DNA from: Longimicrobiales bacterium
GTDB lineage: Bacteria; Gemmatimonadota; Gemmatimonadetes; Longimicrobiales; Gaopeijiaceae
Direction: 5' to 3'
Length of the DNA: 64,000 nucleotides
Assembly (NCBI GenBank): GCA_965116905.1
Contig: OZ220732.1
Location: 3,840,001-3,904,000 of the forward strand
A program made the translations under genes and the position numbers. The number at the start of each line of letters is the position of its first letter. Position 1 is the stretch's first letter. Of the stretch, positions 39,638-49,172 are shown in pieces. Under the pieces are notes generated by a model. It was not told the origin of the DNA. It saw only the letters and a program-made list of their open reading frames with translations, and ran no database searches.

Positions 39638-42600
39638 TCAGCGCCCCGCGCCGTCGTCCGAGATGTTCGCGCGCAGCAGCCGCTCCAGCCGCGCCACGTG
39701 CCCTTCCAGCGCCGTGTTCAGCTGGTCGTACCGCACGATCGCGTCCTGCCCCGGCTCCTGGTCGGCGCGCGTGAGGTTGCTGTACAGGTACTGGAGCTGA
39801 TCCACGAGCATGGGACGCGAGTAGCGGATCGGCGCCGTGACGAGTTCGCGCTCGATCGCCTCGATCTCGGCCGCCAGGTTGCCGCCGCCCCGCTCCCGCG
39901 CCTCGTTGATGCGGTGAACGGCGAGCCGGCCCTCGCTCAGCGCGTCCCGCGCCTGCAGCGCCAGCTCCACCTGCCGCTGAACCACGTCCTCGCCGATCCC
40001 CTCGGCCACGACGCGCGGGTCGAGCGTGACCTCGAAGGTACGGCTCGCGTTCCAGTCCCCCGCCGACAGTCGGGCGGTGTAGGTCCCCGGCGGCACCATC
40101 GGACCGCCCCGCCCCGAGCGGATCGGGTTGGGATCCCACGGGCCCGGGTACGAGAGGTCCCAGGTGAAGCGATGGGTCCCGGCGCCGGAAGGCAGCCTCG
40201 GGGTGCCGAAACGCTCCAGGCGCCACTCCCGCATGCCGGGCTCGGCCGGGACCGTGTACTCGCCGGGGCCCTCGTTGGAGAAGGAGCGCACGACATCGCC
40301 GCTCGAGGCCACGATGTCGAGCGTGATGGGTCCCGCCACTTCGTCCGTCAGCATGTAGTCGATGTGGGCGCCGGCCGGCGGATACTCGGGCTCATGCGGG
40401 TCGCGCGCGCGGAAGCCGCCGAAGCCGCCGCCGTAACGCAGACGATGAGCATCGCGGATTTCGAAGAGGTGCGCGCTAGCGCTGGCTACACGGTCGCTGA
40501 GTTCGTGCAGCGGCGTGACGTTGTCCAGGATCCAGAATCCCCGGCCCATTGTCGACAAGACCAGGTCCCCGTGCACCACCTTCATGTCCGTGATGGGCGT
40601 CACCGGAAGGTTCAGCTGGAAGGGCTGCCAGGATCCGCCGTCGTCGAACGAGGCGAACATCCCGAACTCGGTGCCGAGGTAGAGCAGGCCCTCGCGGTCG
40701 GGGTCCTCGCGCACGACGCGGACGGGGTGGTTGTTCGGCACGCCGTTGTCGCCGGTCGTGATCCGCGTCCAGGTCGCACCGTAGTCGTCGGTGCGGTAGG
40801 TGTGCGGGGTGAAGTCGCCCATCATGTAGCGGAGAATGGCCACATAGGCCTTGGCCGCGTCGTGATGGGACACTTCGATCGTCTGCACCCGCCCGTAGGG
40901 GCCGATGCCGGGGGGCGTCACGTCGGTCCAGCTGCGGCCGCCGTCGCGGGTGATGTGCACCGGCCCGTCGTTGGCCCCCGCCCAGATCACGCCCGGCTCC
41001 AGCACCGACTCCTGGATGTCGTAGAGGACCGAGAAGTGCTCCTCGCCGGTGACGTCGATGGTGATCGGCGTGCCCGAGACGACCTGCGTTTCGGGGGTGA
41101 AGGCGGTGAGGTCGGGCGAGATCGTCTCCCAGAGCTGCCCGCCGTTGGTGGTCACGTGCACGAACTGCGACCCGTGATAGACCTTGTTCGGGTCGTGCGG
41201 CGAGACATGGATGGGCACCACGCGCTGGAAGCGGAAGTCCAGGTCGCGCGGGTTGTGCCCGTACAGGTTCCCGAAGCCGACGTAGTACTGCGCCTCCTGT
41301 CCCGTGCGCCGGTTGTAGAGGCCGAAACGACCCTTGCAGTTGGCGTAGACGATGTCCGGATCGCCGGGCTTCGGCACCACCGGCCCGGTTTCGCAGCCTC
41401 CGTGGGCCTCCCACGCCGACTGGGAGCCGCCGGGCTCCGAGCGCTCGGGCAGGGCGGGCACCGAGATCGTCGAATTGTCCTGCTGGCCCGCGTAGAGGCG
41501 GTAGGGGAAGTCGTCCGAGACATCCACCTGGTAGAGCTCGGCGGTCGGCTGGTTGTACTGGGTGGACCACGTCATGCCGCCGTCGAGCGAGACGTTGGCC
41601 CCGCCGTCGTTCGACTGGATCATGATGTCCGGGTTCTCCGGGTTGATCCACAGGTCGTGGTTGTCCCCGTGCGGCGTCCGCTCGGGATTCCAGCTCACGC
41701 CTCCGTCGACGGACTTCCAGTGCCCTTCGGCCATGCCCCAGAGGATGTCGGGATCGGTCGGGTGACCCTCCAGGTTGTTGTAGTAGAACGGCCGGTTGCG
41801 GATCGGCTGGAAGTCGGTGACCTGCCGCCAGGTGGCGCCCCGGTCGTCGGAGCGGTAGACGCCGCCCGCGTCGCCAGGCGCCTCGATGAGTACGTACACA
41901 CGGTCGGGATCGGCCGCGCTGACCGCGAGGTCGGACTTGCCGCGCAGGCCGGTGGGCAGCCCGTCGGTCGCGCGGTCCCAGCTGTCGCCCCCGTCGCGCG
42001 AAATGAAGACGCCACCCTGCATGCCGCCGGAAATGATCGTCCACGGCTTGCGCTCCGCCTGCCACATGCTCGCGTAGATGGTGTTCGGGTCGTCGGGCGC
42101 GAACTCCAGGTCGACCGCGCCGGTGCTGTCCGACACGAAGAGGACGTTCTCCCAGCTCGCACCCCCGTCGCTGCTGCGGTAGATGCCCCGCTCGTCATTC
42201 GGCGTGAAGGGGTTGCCGATTGCGGCCACGTAGACCAGGTCGGGGTTGTCGGGGTGAATGAGGATCGCGCCGGAATTCCCGGTGGCCTCAAGCCCCACAT
42301 GCCGCCAGGTGGCCCCGGCGTCGGTGGATTTGTAGACCCCGTCGCCGATGATCACGTTGCTGCGCAACCCGTCCGAGCCGGTCGACACGTAGACGATGTC
42401 CGGGTCCGAGTCGGCCACGCGAATCGCGCCAATCGAGCCCGTCCCGAAGTACCCGTCCGAGATGTTGTGCCAGCTGTGGCCGTTGTCGGTCGTCTTCCAC
42501 ACGCCTCCCCCGGTGGCACCCATGTAGAAGGTCGTCGGGTGGGCGACGTGGCCGGCGACCGCAGTGACGCGGCCACCCCGTGACGGCCCGACGTAGCGGT

Positions 42601-42796
42601 AGCGCAGGCTGCCGAAGAGGTCGTCGTCGAACGTTGCGGTGGCGCTCCGCGCGGCGGGGGCGGCGCTCTGCGCGCTGGCACCTCCGCTCTGCGCGCTGGC
42701 GCCTTCGCTCTGCGCGGCAGCGGGCGCGGGCGGGAAGAGGGCGGCGCAAGCGGCCGCGGCGGCGGCGAGGGTCGTGATGCCCAGAAGCCTTCTCAT
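39638..42796 (-). CDS. Secreted VPS10/BNR-repeat glycosyl hydrolase-like protein
   Basis: GPSRGGRVTAVAG, GGVWKTTD, multiple SxDGGxxW Asp-boxes, HGDNH, NDGG. Confidence 0.88.
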   Translation of the reverse strand: MRRLLGITTLAAAAAACAALFPPAPAAAQSEGASAQSGGASAQSAAPAARSATATFDDDLFGSLRYRYVGPSRGGRVTAVAGHVAHPTTFYMGATGGGVWKTTDNGHSWHNISDGYFGTGSIGAIRVADSDPDIVYVSTGSDGLRSNVIIGDGVYKSTDAGATWRHVGLEATGNSGAILIHPDNPDLVYVAAIGNPFTPNDERGIYRSSDGGASWENVLFVSDSTGAVDLEFAPDDPNTIYASMWQAERKPWTIISGGMQGGVFISRDGGDSWDRATDGLPTGLRGKSDLAVSAADPDRVYVLIEAPGDAGGVYRSDDRGATWRQVTDFQPIRNRPFYYNNLEGHPTDPDILWGMAEGHWKSVDGGVSWNPERTPHGDNHDLWINPENPDIMIQSNDGGANVSLDGGMTWSTQYNQPTAELYQVDVSDDFPYRLYAGQQDNSTISVPALPERSEPGGSQSAWEAHGGCETGPVVPKPGDPDIVYANCKGRFGLYNRRTGQEAQYYVGFGNLYGHNPRDLDFRFQRVVPIHVSPHDPNKVYHGSQFVHVTTNGGQLWETISPDLTAFTPETQVVSGTPITIDVTGEEHFSVLYDIQESVLEPGVIWAGANDGPVHITRDGGRSWTDVTPPGIGPYGRVQTIEVSHHDAAKAYVAILRYMMGDFTPHTYRTDDYGATWTRITTGDNGVPNNHPVRVVREDPDREGLLYLGTEFGMFASFDDGGSWQPFQLNLPVTPITDMKVVHGDLVLSTMGRGFWILDNVTPLHELSDRVASASAHLFEIRDAHRLRYGGGFGGFRARDPHEPEYPPAGAHIDYMLTDEVAGPITLDIVASSGDVVRSFSNEGPGEYTVPAEPGMREWRLERFGTPRLPSGAGTHRFTWDLSYPGPWDPNPIRSGRGGPMVPPGTYTARLSAGDWNASRTFEVTLDPRVVAEGIGEDVVQRQVELALQARDALSEGRLAVHRINEARERGGGNLAAEIEAIERELVTAPIRYSRPMLVDQLQYLYSNLTRADQEPGQDAIVRYDQLNTALEGHVARLERLLRANISDDGAGR

Positions 42797-42972
42797 GCGG
42801 GATCTCTTTCGGGTTGGGGCGTGGGGATCGTGATTCCTGGCTCTTGCGTTCGTGGGCTCGTGCCCGGAGGCTCGCGCCCGGAGCCAGCCGGTTCAAGGTA
42901 TCGCGCCGGGTGGCGCTGGTACAGCCGGTGAAACGCAACAGGCCGGACCGGGCGCCGCCGGACCCCGTGCGT

Positions 42973-43563
42973 TCACCGCCGCCCAATCGGAATCCCGCGC
43001 AGCGCCACTCTGAGCACCGCGAGTTCCGCGTTCTCGCGGACCCGCCACCTCCCCTCCTCCAGGACGAGGGTCGTGGTCGGCGCGGCCTCGATGATGATCC
43101 CCATGTGGTCGGTGGTCTCCCTGTACACCACGTGGCGGATCGTGTCTCCCTCCGGCACCGTGCCGAGGATGCGGAAGTCGGTCATGACCTGCGACTCCAT
43201 CAGGCCGCGGGCGTAGCGCGTCAGCCCCGCCATCGAGCGCTCGAAGACCTCCCGGCTGGACCAGCTCGCCCACTCTTCGCGCGTAGCGTCGTAGAGCTGG
43301 ATCAGGACGCTGTCGCCCCGCAGACTCTCGACCAGCTGCCGCGAGATGAGGTGGAACTCGTCGAGGGCGGCGGTGTGCAGCTCCGCCGAGACTCGCTCCC
43401 AGCGCAGACGGCTGAGCGCGTCGAAGAAGCGCTGGGCGGTCCCCTCGGGGGTGCTCCCGGGGGCGTCCTGGGCCGTGGCGGGGAGCGGTGCGGCCGCGGC
43501 GAGCACGGTGGCCGCGAGAATCGGACGGAGAGCCCACGTCCTGCGGCGCGGGATGGTGCGCAT
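42973..43563 (-). CDS. Secreted hypothetical protein (NTF2-like fold possible)
   Basis: Signal peptide MRTIPRRRTWALRPILAATVLAAAA; TPEGTAQRFFDAL; LEEGRWRV. Confidence 0.65.
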   Translation of the reverse strand: MRTIPRRRTWALRPILAATVLAAAAPLPATAQDAPGSTPEGTAQRFFDALSRLRWERVSAELHTAALDEFHLISRQLVESLRGDSVLIQLYDATREEWASWSSREVFERSMAGLTRYARGLMESQVMTDFRILGTVPEGDTIRHVVYRETTDHMGIIIEAAPTTTLVLEEGRWRVRENAELAVLRVALRGIPIGRR

Positions 43564-43579
43564 CAAAAAATGATGCGCG
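43564..43579. repeat. 16-bp direct repeat, left copy (caaaaaatgatgcgcg)
   Basis: Identical to 44593-44608; the pair flanks the TA module. Confidence 0.75.
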
Positions 43580-43604
43580 TGTGTCGAGAGCACCGGCGAC
43601 GGCA

Positions 43605-44168
43605 TCATGGTGGCAACCGCATCCCGAGCGCGGCGGCCGCTCCGTGGAGCGCCGGAGTTTCAGCTGAAACCTCCTGCGGCTCCCCGAAGTGCAGGCGTCC
43701 CTCCAGGCGCGCCGTAAAGAGGACGACGCCGTGCCAATCGCCCCAGAAGCTGGACCACCACCGGAGTCCGATGTTCCCGCTGTCCCAGATCGACGCGGCG
43801 ATCGGCTGGGTTCGGCGGCGGTGTCGGGATGCGATTCGGTCCGGCCCGATGCGACGGCGGCGCAGCGTCGCCGGATCGCAGAGGTCAACAAGCTCCGCCG
43901 CCTCATCGACCTCCAACTGCACGTCGACCAGTGCAAGAGGTCGTCCGGCCCGGCGAAGGTGAGCCCGGCGGAGCGGTCTGTTGCGCCAGGGTTGAAGGGC
44001 CTCGGCAACCGCGTGGGCGGGCGATTCGGCCAGGTAGAGGACCGGGGAGCAGGCCACGGGCAGGTCGAAACGCCCACGGCCCGTGGTCGGAGGGATCCAG
44101 GAAGGCGAAAAGGGGGATCCGTCGCGTACATCGTGATCCCAGGGGAAGACGCGCCAGAAGAGAGTCAA
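43605..44168 (-). CDS. RES-domain toxin
   Basis: FWRV, GRFD, VLYLAESPAHAVAE, GLRWWS; start taken at TTG 44168 just after the antitoxin stop (uncertain). Confidence 0.8.
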   Translation of the reverse strand: MTLFWRVFPWDHDVRDGSPFSPSWIPPTTGRGRFDLPVACSPVLYLAESPAHAVAEALQPWRNRPLRRAHLRRAGRPLALVDVQLEVDEAAELVDLCDPATLRRRRIGPDRIASRHRRRTQPIAASIWDSGNIGLRWWSSFWGDWHGVVLFTARLEGRLHFGEPQEVSAETPALHGAAAALGMRLPP

Positions 44169-44182
44169 GGTCAGAGCACTGG

Positions 44183-44557
44183 TTACGCGAAGACGCCGGC
44201 CTTCATCGCCTCGAGGGCGCCCACCACCTCGGCCAGCTGACTCTGCTGGATGTGGTACGCCGGCGTGGCGCCATCGAGATGGGCGTTCGCTCCGGTCAGC
44301 CACTCCTCCACGATGTCGGGCTCCAGCCAGCGAAGCAGCATCTCGACGACCAGCGCCAGTCCGGCAAGCCGGTCGGCGTTGTCCCGGTCCGGCCGCTGAC
44401 CGCTTCGCCACCGCGAGACCTGCGACTGTGACACGCCCAGAATCTCCGCCATCGCGCGGTCGGAATGCACCACCGCGCGAATCATGTCCAGGTGGCTTCG
44501 GGCTCTTGCGGAGCGACGGTCGGGTGTTTGCACGACGACTTCGGCGGCTTGACTCAT
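44183..44557 (-). CDS. Xre/MbcA/ParS-type antitoxin
   Basis: HTH MAEILGVSQSQVSRWRSG; C-terminal WLTGANAHLDGATP; ends GVFA. Confidence 0.85.
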   Translation of the reverse strand: MSQAAEVVVQTPDRRSARARSHLDMIRAVVHSDRAMAEILGVSQSQVSRWRSGQRPDRDNADRLAGLALVVEMLLRWLEPDIVEEWLTGANAHLDGATPAYHIQQSQLAEVVGALEAMKAGVFA

Positions 44558-44592
44558 GGGGTCAAGCTACCGGGACGAAAACCGGCGCGCAA

Positions 44593-44652
44593 CAAAAAAT
44601 GATGCGCGGCTACCGCGGATGCGTGGCTACCGTCAGATGCGCGGCTACCGCA
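44593..44652. repeat. Right 16-bp direct repeat overlapping three imperfect 17-18-bp tandem repeats (gatgcgYggctaccg)
   Basis: Units start at 44601, 44618 and 44636; the last contains the stop codon of the upstream serine hydrolase. Confidence 0.75.
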
Positions 44653-46105
44653 GCGTCGGCTTGTCCAGGGAGTCCCAGCCGTAGGCGCGCTGGATGCGCT
44701 CCATGACCTCTCGGAAGACCTGGCCGCCGCCCGACGCGTTGGTCATGACGGCGGCTCCGTACCCCTTGGCCTTGTGGGCGATCAGGAAGCAGGTGAAGCC
44801 CCAGTTGCCGCCCGAGTGGCTGAAGTACCAGCCCTCGCCCTGGCGCATGATGTTGAAGCCCACCGCGAAGTCGCCCACGCCGATCGGGCTGAGCATCTCG
44901 GCCGCCGAGGCGGCGGTGATCACGCGGTCCGCGTCGCCGCGCGCGGCCTTCTGCACCTCGATGGCGAAGCGTGCCAGGTCCCGGGCGTTGGTCCAGAGCC
45001 CGGCCGCGGCCATGGCCGAGTACACGTGCCACTTGGGGTCGCCCAGGGCCCGGCCGCCTGCGTGGGCGCGAGCCGCGTTGGCGTCGCGGTCGGGGGGGAG
45101 CGGCTGGGCGAAGGTGCTGGTGGTCATCCCGACGGGCTCGAGGACGGTCTTCCGCATGAGTTCCGGGAAGGACTCGCCGAAGACGTCGGTGAGCGCGAGC
45201 TGCATGATCGTGGTGCCGCCGCCCGAGTAGTGCATGGCCGTGAGCGGCGGCCGCACCATGGTCACGGCCTCCACGTTGGACGGCTCATCGCCGTCGAGGA
45301 TCTGCACCGCGGTGGGACGCGGGACGCCGGGGTCGTAGCCGGGGAAGCCGTGCCCGTCGCCGAGGCCCGCGGTGTGGCTGAAGAGCAGGCGCGGCGTGAC
45401 CGGCCGCCCGTTTGTGAAGCCGTTGCCGTCCAGCTGCCAGGACGTGAGGACCGTGTTGATGTCGTCGTCCAGCGAGAAGCGGCCGTCCTGCACGGCCACC
45501 ATGGCCGCCATCGCGGTCACGGGCTTGCTGATCGACGCCGCCTGGAAGAGCGTCTCGACATCGACCGGGGCGCCGGTCGCCACGTCCGCGATCCCGTAGC
45601 CCTTGGCCCAGTGCACCTCGAAGTCGTGGATCACGGCCACGCTGATGCCCGGCACGCCGAACCGTTCCATGACCTCATCGAGCGTCAGCACGTCCAGGCC
45701 CTGGCGGTTCGGCGTCTGGACGCCCTCGATGATGGCCTGCATCTCGGCGGGGGTCGCGACCTGCGCGGCTGGTGCGACCGCGGCGACCGGGGCGACGGGC
45801 GCGACCGGGACGGCCTCGCGAACGCGCTGCTGGGAAGCCACCGGCGCTGGCACGGTCACCGAGGCCAGCACGGCCGCCGCGATGGCCAGGAGTCCGTGGA
45901 TAAAGCCGCCCGAGCACCGAGAGCGGCGAGGCGCCGGGCCGGCAGGGCGCGACGAAGGGCCAGTAGCAGCGCTACGGGCCCGAGGAGCAACGCAGAGCGA
46001 AGCGGCCCGGCCCGGATGCATCGCCGGGCGAATGCCGGGGGGATTTTGTCCACGGGCTCCCGGCGTCAGCGCCGTACGGTGGACCTTGCCGGCAAGTCTT
46101 ATCAT
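44645..46105 (-). CDS. Serine hydrolase, beta-lactamase family (secreted); true start probably downstream of 46105
   Basis: FQAASISK, SHTAG, YSGGG, HSGGNWGF, VMTN. Confidence 0.85.
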   Translation of the reverse strand: MIRLAGKVHRTALTPGARGQNPPGIRPAMHPGRAASLCVAPRARSAATGPSSRPAGPAPRRSRCSGGFIHGLLAIAAAVLASVTVPAPVASQQRVREAVPVAPVAPVAAVAPAAQVATPAEMQAIIEGVQTPNRQGLDVLTLDEVMERFGVPGISVAVIHDFEVHWAKGYGIADVATGAPVDVETLFQAASISKPVTAMAAMVAVQDGRFSLDDDINTVLTSWQLDGNGFTNGRPVTPRLLFSHTAGLGDGHGFPGYDPGVPRPTAVQILDGDEPSNVEAVTMVRPPLTAMHYSGGGTTIMQLALTDVFGESFPELMRKTVLEPVGMTTSTFAQPLPPDRDANAARAHAGGRALGDPKWHVYSAMAAAGLWTNARDLARFAIEVQKAARGDADRVITAASAAEMLSPIGVGDFAVGFNIMRQGEGWYFSHSGGNWGFTCFLIAHKAKGYGAAVMTNASGGGQVFREVMERIQRAYGWDSLDKPTLR

Positions 46106-46109
46106 CCTG

Positions 46110-46997
46110 CTACCCCTCCTTTGTGCTCCCCGGCTTCACCGCCTGGATCGTACCGCCGTAGATCGCATCCACGAAGCTGTGGACCTCGGCCGCGCGCGCG
46201 GGATCGCGGCGGATGACCTCCTGCACCCGCGGATCCGAGAGGATGTGCTCGGACGGATAGCGCTGGCGCTTGTCGACGCCGATGGCCGTGAATCCGGCGG
46301 CGGCCAGATCGGCCTGGTACTCGGCGATCCCGACCGGCAGGCAGCCGACCAGCGACTCCCGGGAGTTCCCCACGAAGTCGGGCATGGGCCGGTCCGACAC
46401 CAGGTCCGAGACCATGACGCGGCCACCGGGCCTGAGCACCCGCATCGTCTCGGCCAGAACGCGTGGACGGTCGGCCGAGAGGTTGAGGACGCAGTTCGAG
46501 ATGACTGCGTCGACGGTGGCATCGGCCACCGGCAGGGCCTCGATCTCGCCCAGCCGGAACTCGACGTTGGCGAAGCCGCCGCTGAGGGCGTTGGCGCGGG
46601 CCTTTTCCACCATCTCGGGCGTCATGTCCACGCCGATGACCTTGCCGGTCGGCCCTACCCGCTCTGCGGCCAGGAAGCAGTCGAATCCGGCGCCCGAGCC
46701 GAGGTCCAGCACGGTCTCGCCGGGAGCCAGCGACGCCAGCGCGACGGGGTTTCCGCAGCCGAGACCCAGGTTGGCTCCCTCGGGGACGCGGCTCAGTTCG
46801 TCCTGGTCGTACCCGACGGCACAGCTGATCTCGTCGGCGACGGAGGTGGTTGTGGCGGTAGCCGTGGCGCCGCTGCCGCCTGGGCTGGTCGAAGGGGCGC
46901 CGCAGTCCGAAGGCCCGCAGCAGCCGTCGCCCGTCGTGGCGGCCCGCGCGTAGCGTTCGCGCACGGCGGTGCGCCGTTCGGTGGCGTTGATGGTCAT
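46110..46997 (-). CDS. arsM: Arsenite S-adenosylmethionine methyltransferase-like
   Basis: VRERY, GCCG, LGLGCGNP, VLDLGSGAGFD, GVDMTPEM, ISNCVLNL, VGC. Confidence 0.8.
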   Translation of the reverse strand: MTINATERRTAVRERYARAATTGDGCCGPSDCGAPSTSPGGSGATATATTTSVADEISCAVGYDQDELSRVPEGANLGLGCGNPVALASLAPGETVLDLGSGAGFDCFLAAERVGPTGKVIGVDMTPEMVEKARANALSGGFANVEFRLGEIEALPVADATVDAVISNCVLNLSADRPRVLAETMRVLRPGGRVMVSDLVSDRPMPDFVGNSRESLVGCLPVGIAEYQADLAAAGFTAIGVDKRQRYPSEHILSDPRVQEVIRRDPARAAEVHSFVDAIYGGTIQAVKPGSTKEG

Positions 46998-48235
46998 GTG
47001 GTCGCTCCTTCAGCGGTGGGGGCCTTGGGGTCGCGCACCCGCTGCAGCAGTATGAGCCCGATCAGGAAGAGTGCGGTCAGAACGAGGAGGCCGGGTCGCT
47101 GGTTGCCGGCCGCCAGGTAGGTGACCCCGCCGAAGAGCAGCGGGCCGAGGACGGAGGAGGACTTTCCGCAAAGCGCGTAGAAGCCGAACATCTGTGCCTC
47201 CCGTCCGTCGGGGATCAGCGACGCCATGAACGCCCGGCTGGCGGACTGCGCTACACCCAGACCAATACCGGCAATGACCGCTAGCACGTAGAACGCGGTC
47301 TGGCTTTCGATGAAATACGCCGTGATGCCCGCGAGCACCCACAGCACCAGCACCCCCGTCAATACCTTCTTCGGTCCGAGGCTGTCGGTCGGCTTCGCGA
47401 GCGCAAGGGCCCCGGCCAGCGCCGAGAACTGCACGATGAGGAACAATGTGATGACGCCCTGCAGCGTGAAGCCGAAGGTCCCCATGGCGATGACCCCGGC
47501 CATCGCGATGATCGTGAGTACACCGTCGATGTAGAAGAAGTACGCGAACATGAATCTGCGCATGTCCCGGATCTGCCACACCTCGGCCGCAATCTTCCTC
47601 AGGTTGGATATCCCCCAGCGGGCCGCCTTGCCGATGCTCATGACCCCCGGCCGGTCACGCGGGAGGCGTCGGAAAGCCGGGATTGAGAAGATCAGGAAGA
47701 ACGCCACGACCGTGGGCCAGATGAACTCGTATCTCTCCTGCATGCCGAAGGGGAGTACGAGGAGCAGACCGAGCGCGGATCCGAGGTATCCCCAGCCGAA
47801 GCCCTTCCCCGATACCTCGCCGAGTCTGTCGACAGGTGCGATGTCCGGGAGGTAGGCGTTGTAAAACACGACGGCGCTCTCGAATCCTACGTTTGCGATG
47901 ACGAAGAAGAGAAAGCCGGCGAGGATCATCCCCTCTTCCAGCGTCGTCATGAGCGCAACGCCCACGAGGCAGGCTGCGACATAGAACCCGAAGAACTTCT
48001 TTCGCGAGCCGCCGCGGTCGGCGATCGCGCCCAGCAACGGAGAACTGAACGCTACCAGCAGCGCGGACGCGGAAACCGCCGAAGTCCACCACAGCTCTCC
48101 CCGGCCCCCTTCATCGGCGACGATTCGGTTGACGTAGAACAGCGGAAACACCGCCGTCGTCACCACCGCCGGATAGATCGAGTTCGCGAAGTCGTAAAGC
48201 ACCCATGAACGGACGGTGCGCTTGTCGTAGCTCAA
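46994..48235 (-). CDS. MFS transporter, UMF1/ATG22 family
   Basis: WVLYDFANS, VFYNAYLP, GWGYLG, QSASRA, FGFYALCGK. Confidence 0.88.
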   Translation of the reverse strand: MSYDKRTVRSWVLYDFANSIYPAVVTTAVFPLFYVNRIVADEGGRGELWWTSAVSASALLVAFSSPLLGAIADRGGSRKKFFGFYVAACLVGVALMTTLEEGMILAGFLFFVIANVGFESAVVFYNAYLPDIAPVDRLGEVSGKGFGWGYLGSALGLLLVLPFGMQERYEFIWPTVVAFFLIFSIPAFRRLPRDRPGVMSIGKAARWGISNLRKIAAEVWQIRDMRRFMFAYFFYIDGVLTIIAMAGVIAMGTFGFTLQGVITLFLIVQFSALAGALALAKPTDSLGPKKVLTGVLVLWVLAGITAYFIESQTAFYVLAVIAGIGLGVAQSASRAFMASLIPDGREAQMFGFYALCGKSSSVLGPLLFGGVTYLAAGNQRPGLLVLTALFLIGLILLQRVRDPKAPTAEGATT

Positions 48236-48295
48236 GGGGTCGCCCTCAGACCGGTTGCCGGAGGCTGGTGGAAGTCCGCATGGGGTCGCGGCCGG

Positions 48296-48568
48296 CTATT
48301 CCCCCCGTGCCTTCTTGATGCCGAACCCCACCCCGGATCCCACACCCAACCCGATGAGGGCGGCCGTGCCCCATCCCAGGCCCACGAGGGGAACCAGGCC
48401 CACCAACGGCGTGGCGACGATTGCGGTCGCCGCACCCGCAGCCAGGCCCATCCCGCCGGGCGACTTCTCCGCAACCTTGGTGTAACGCAGCTTGCGGCGT
48501 ACGAATTCCTTGCACTTCACGTGCCCCAAAGCCCCTACCGTTCCCCCCACGAGCGTCTCGATGATCAT
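48296..48568 (-). CDS. Small glycine-rich membrane protein
   Basis: 90 aa; FVRRKLRY followed by two Gly-rich hydrophobic segments; lies in the same-strand gene run. Confidence 0.65.
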   Translation of the reverse strand: MIIETLVGGTVGALGHVKCKEFVRRKLRYTKVAEKSPGGMGLAAGAATAIVATPLVGLVPLVGLGWGTAALIGLGVGSGVGFGIKKARGE

Positions 48569-48652
48569 CTTCTCTGTCCTTTCCCGGGGCTCAACCCCGT
48601 TTTCCGCTCAAATACGGTCCCAGCAACCGCAACGTTTCCGGGCCGGCCACCG

Positions 48653-49165
48653 TCAGGAGGGCCTTCCCATTTCGGCGAACACCCTGCTGACGTGCGTCGA
48701 CACGTCCTGCAGGGCAAAGATCGACGCCGCGTCGAGCTTCCTGCTGATCTTTCGACCGACCAGCCTCCGCAGGAAGCGCAGCGGCTCTTCGAAGTCGGCA
48801 TCGAACAGCGGATCCGAGCCTCGATTGAGGTTTTCGAGGATGCGCAGGGCCAGGTAGGTGTCGTCGAGAAGCCCCGCCATGCCCTGGGTCATCTCGGGAA
48901 TCAGATCGACGGGATTGACGAAGTAGCGCGCCGCGTGCTCGAGCAGCGGCATGACGACCACCTTGAGGCCACGCTGGTCCGCGGCCTGGGCGGCCCTGGC
49001 CAGCAGTACGGGGACGGTCTCCACGACCTCGATCGCGACCGAGGCCGCCTCGGCTACCTCCTGTTCGGTCGCGTTCGGCGCGGTGCCGCGGATGAACTCC
49101 TCCAGCATCCCGTTGTCCCGGACCTTCGCGCTGTCGATGACAGCCTGAACGTCTCTGAGGTCCAT
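48653..49165 (-). CDS. DUF1232/YkvA family protein
   Basis: YFVNPVDLIPEMTQGMAGLLDD motif. Confidence 0.75.
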   Translation of the reverse strand: MDLRDVQAVIDSAKVRDNGMLEEFIRGTAPNATEQEVAEAASVAIEVVETVPVLLARAAQAADQRGLKVVVMPLLEHAARYFVNPVDLIPEMTQGMAGLLDDTYLALRILENLNRGSDPLFDADFEEPLRFLRRLVGRKISRKLDAASIFALQDVSTHVSRVFAEMGRPS

Positions 49166-49172
49166 CCGACTC

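Noticed and set aside
44601..44652. Three short repeats as a possible CRISPR array
   Set aside because: Units are adjacent with no spacers, and there are no cas genes in the window.
48296..48568. Gly-rich small protein as another bacteriocin precursor
   Set aside because: No CxxC/CxxxC pattern, no leader motif, and no processing genes adjacent.
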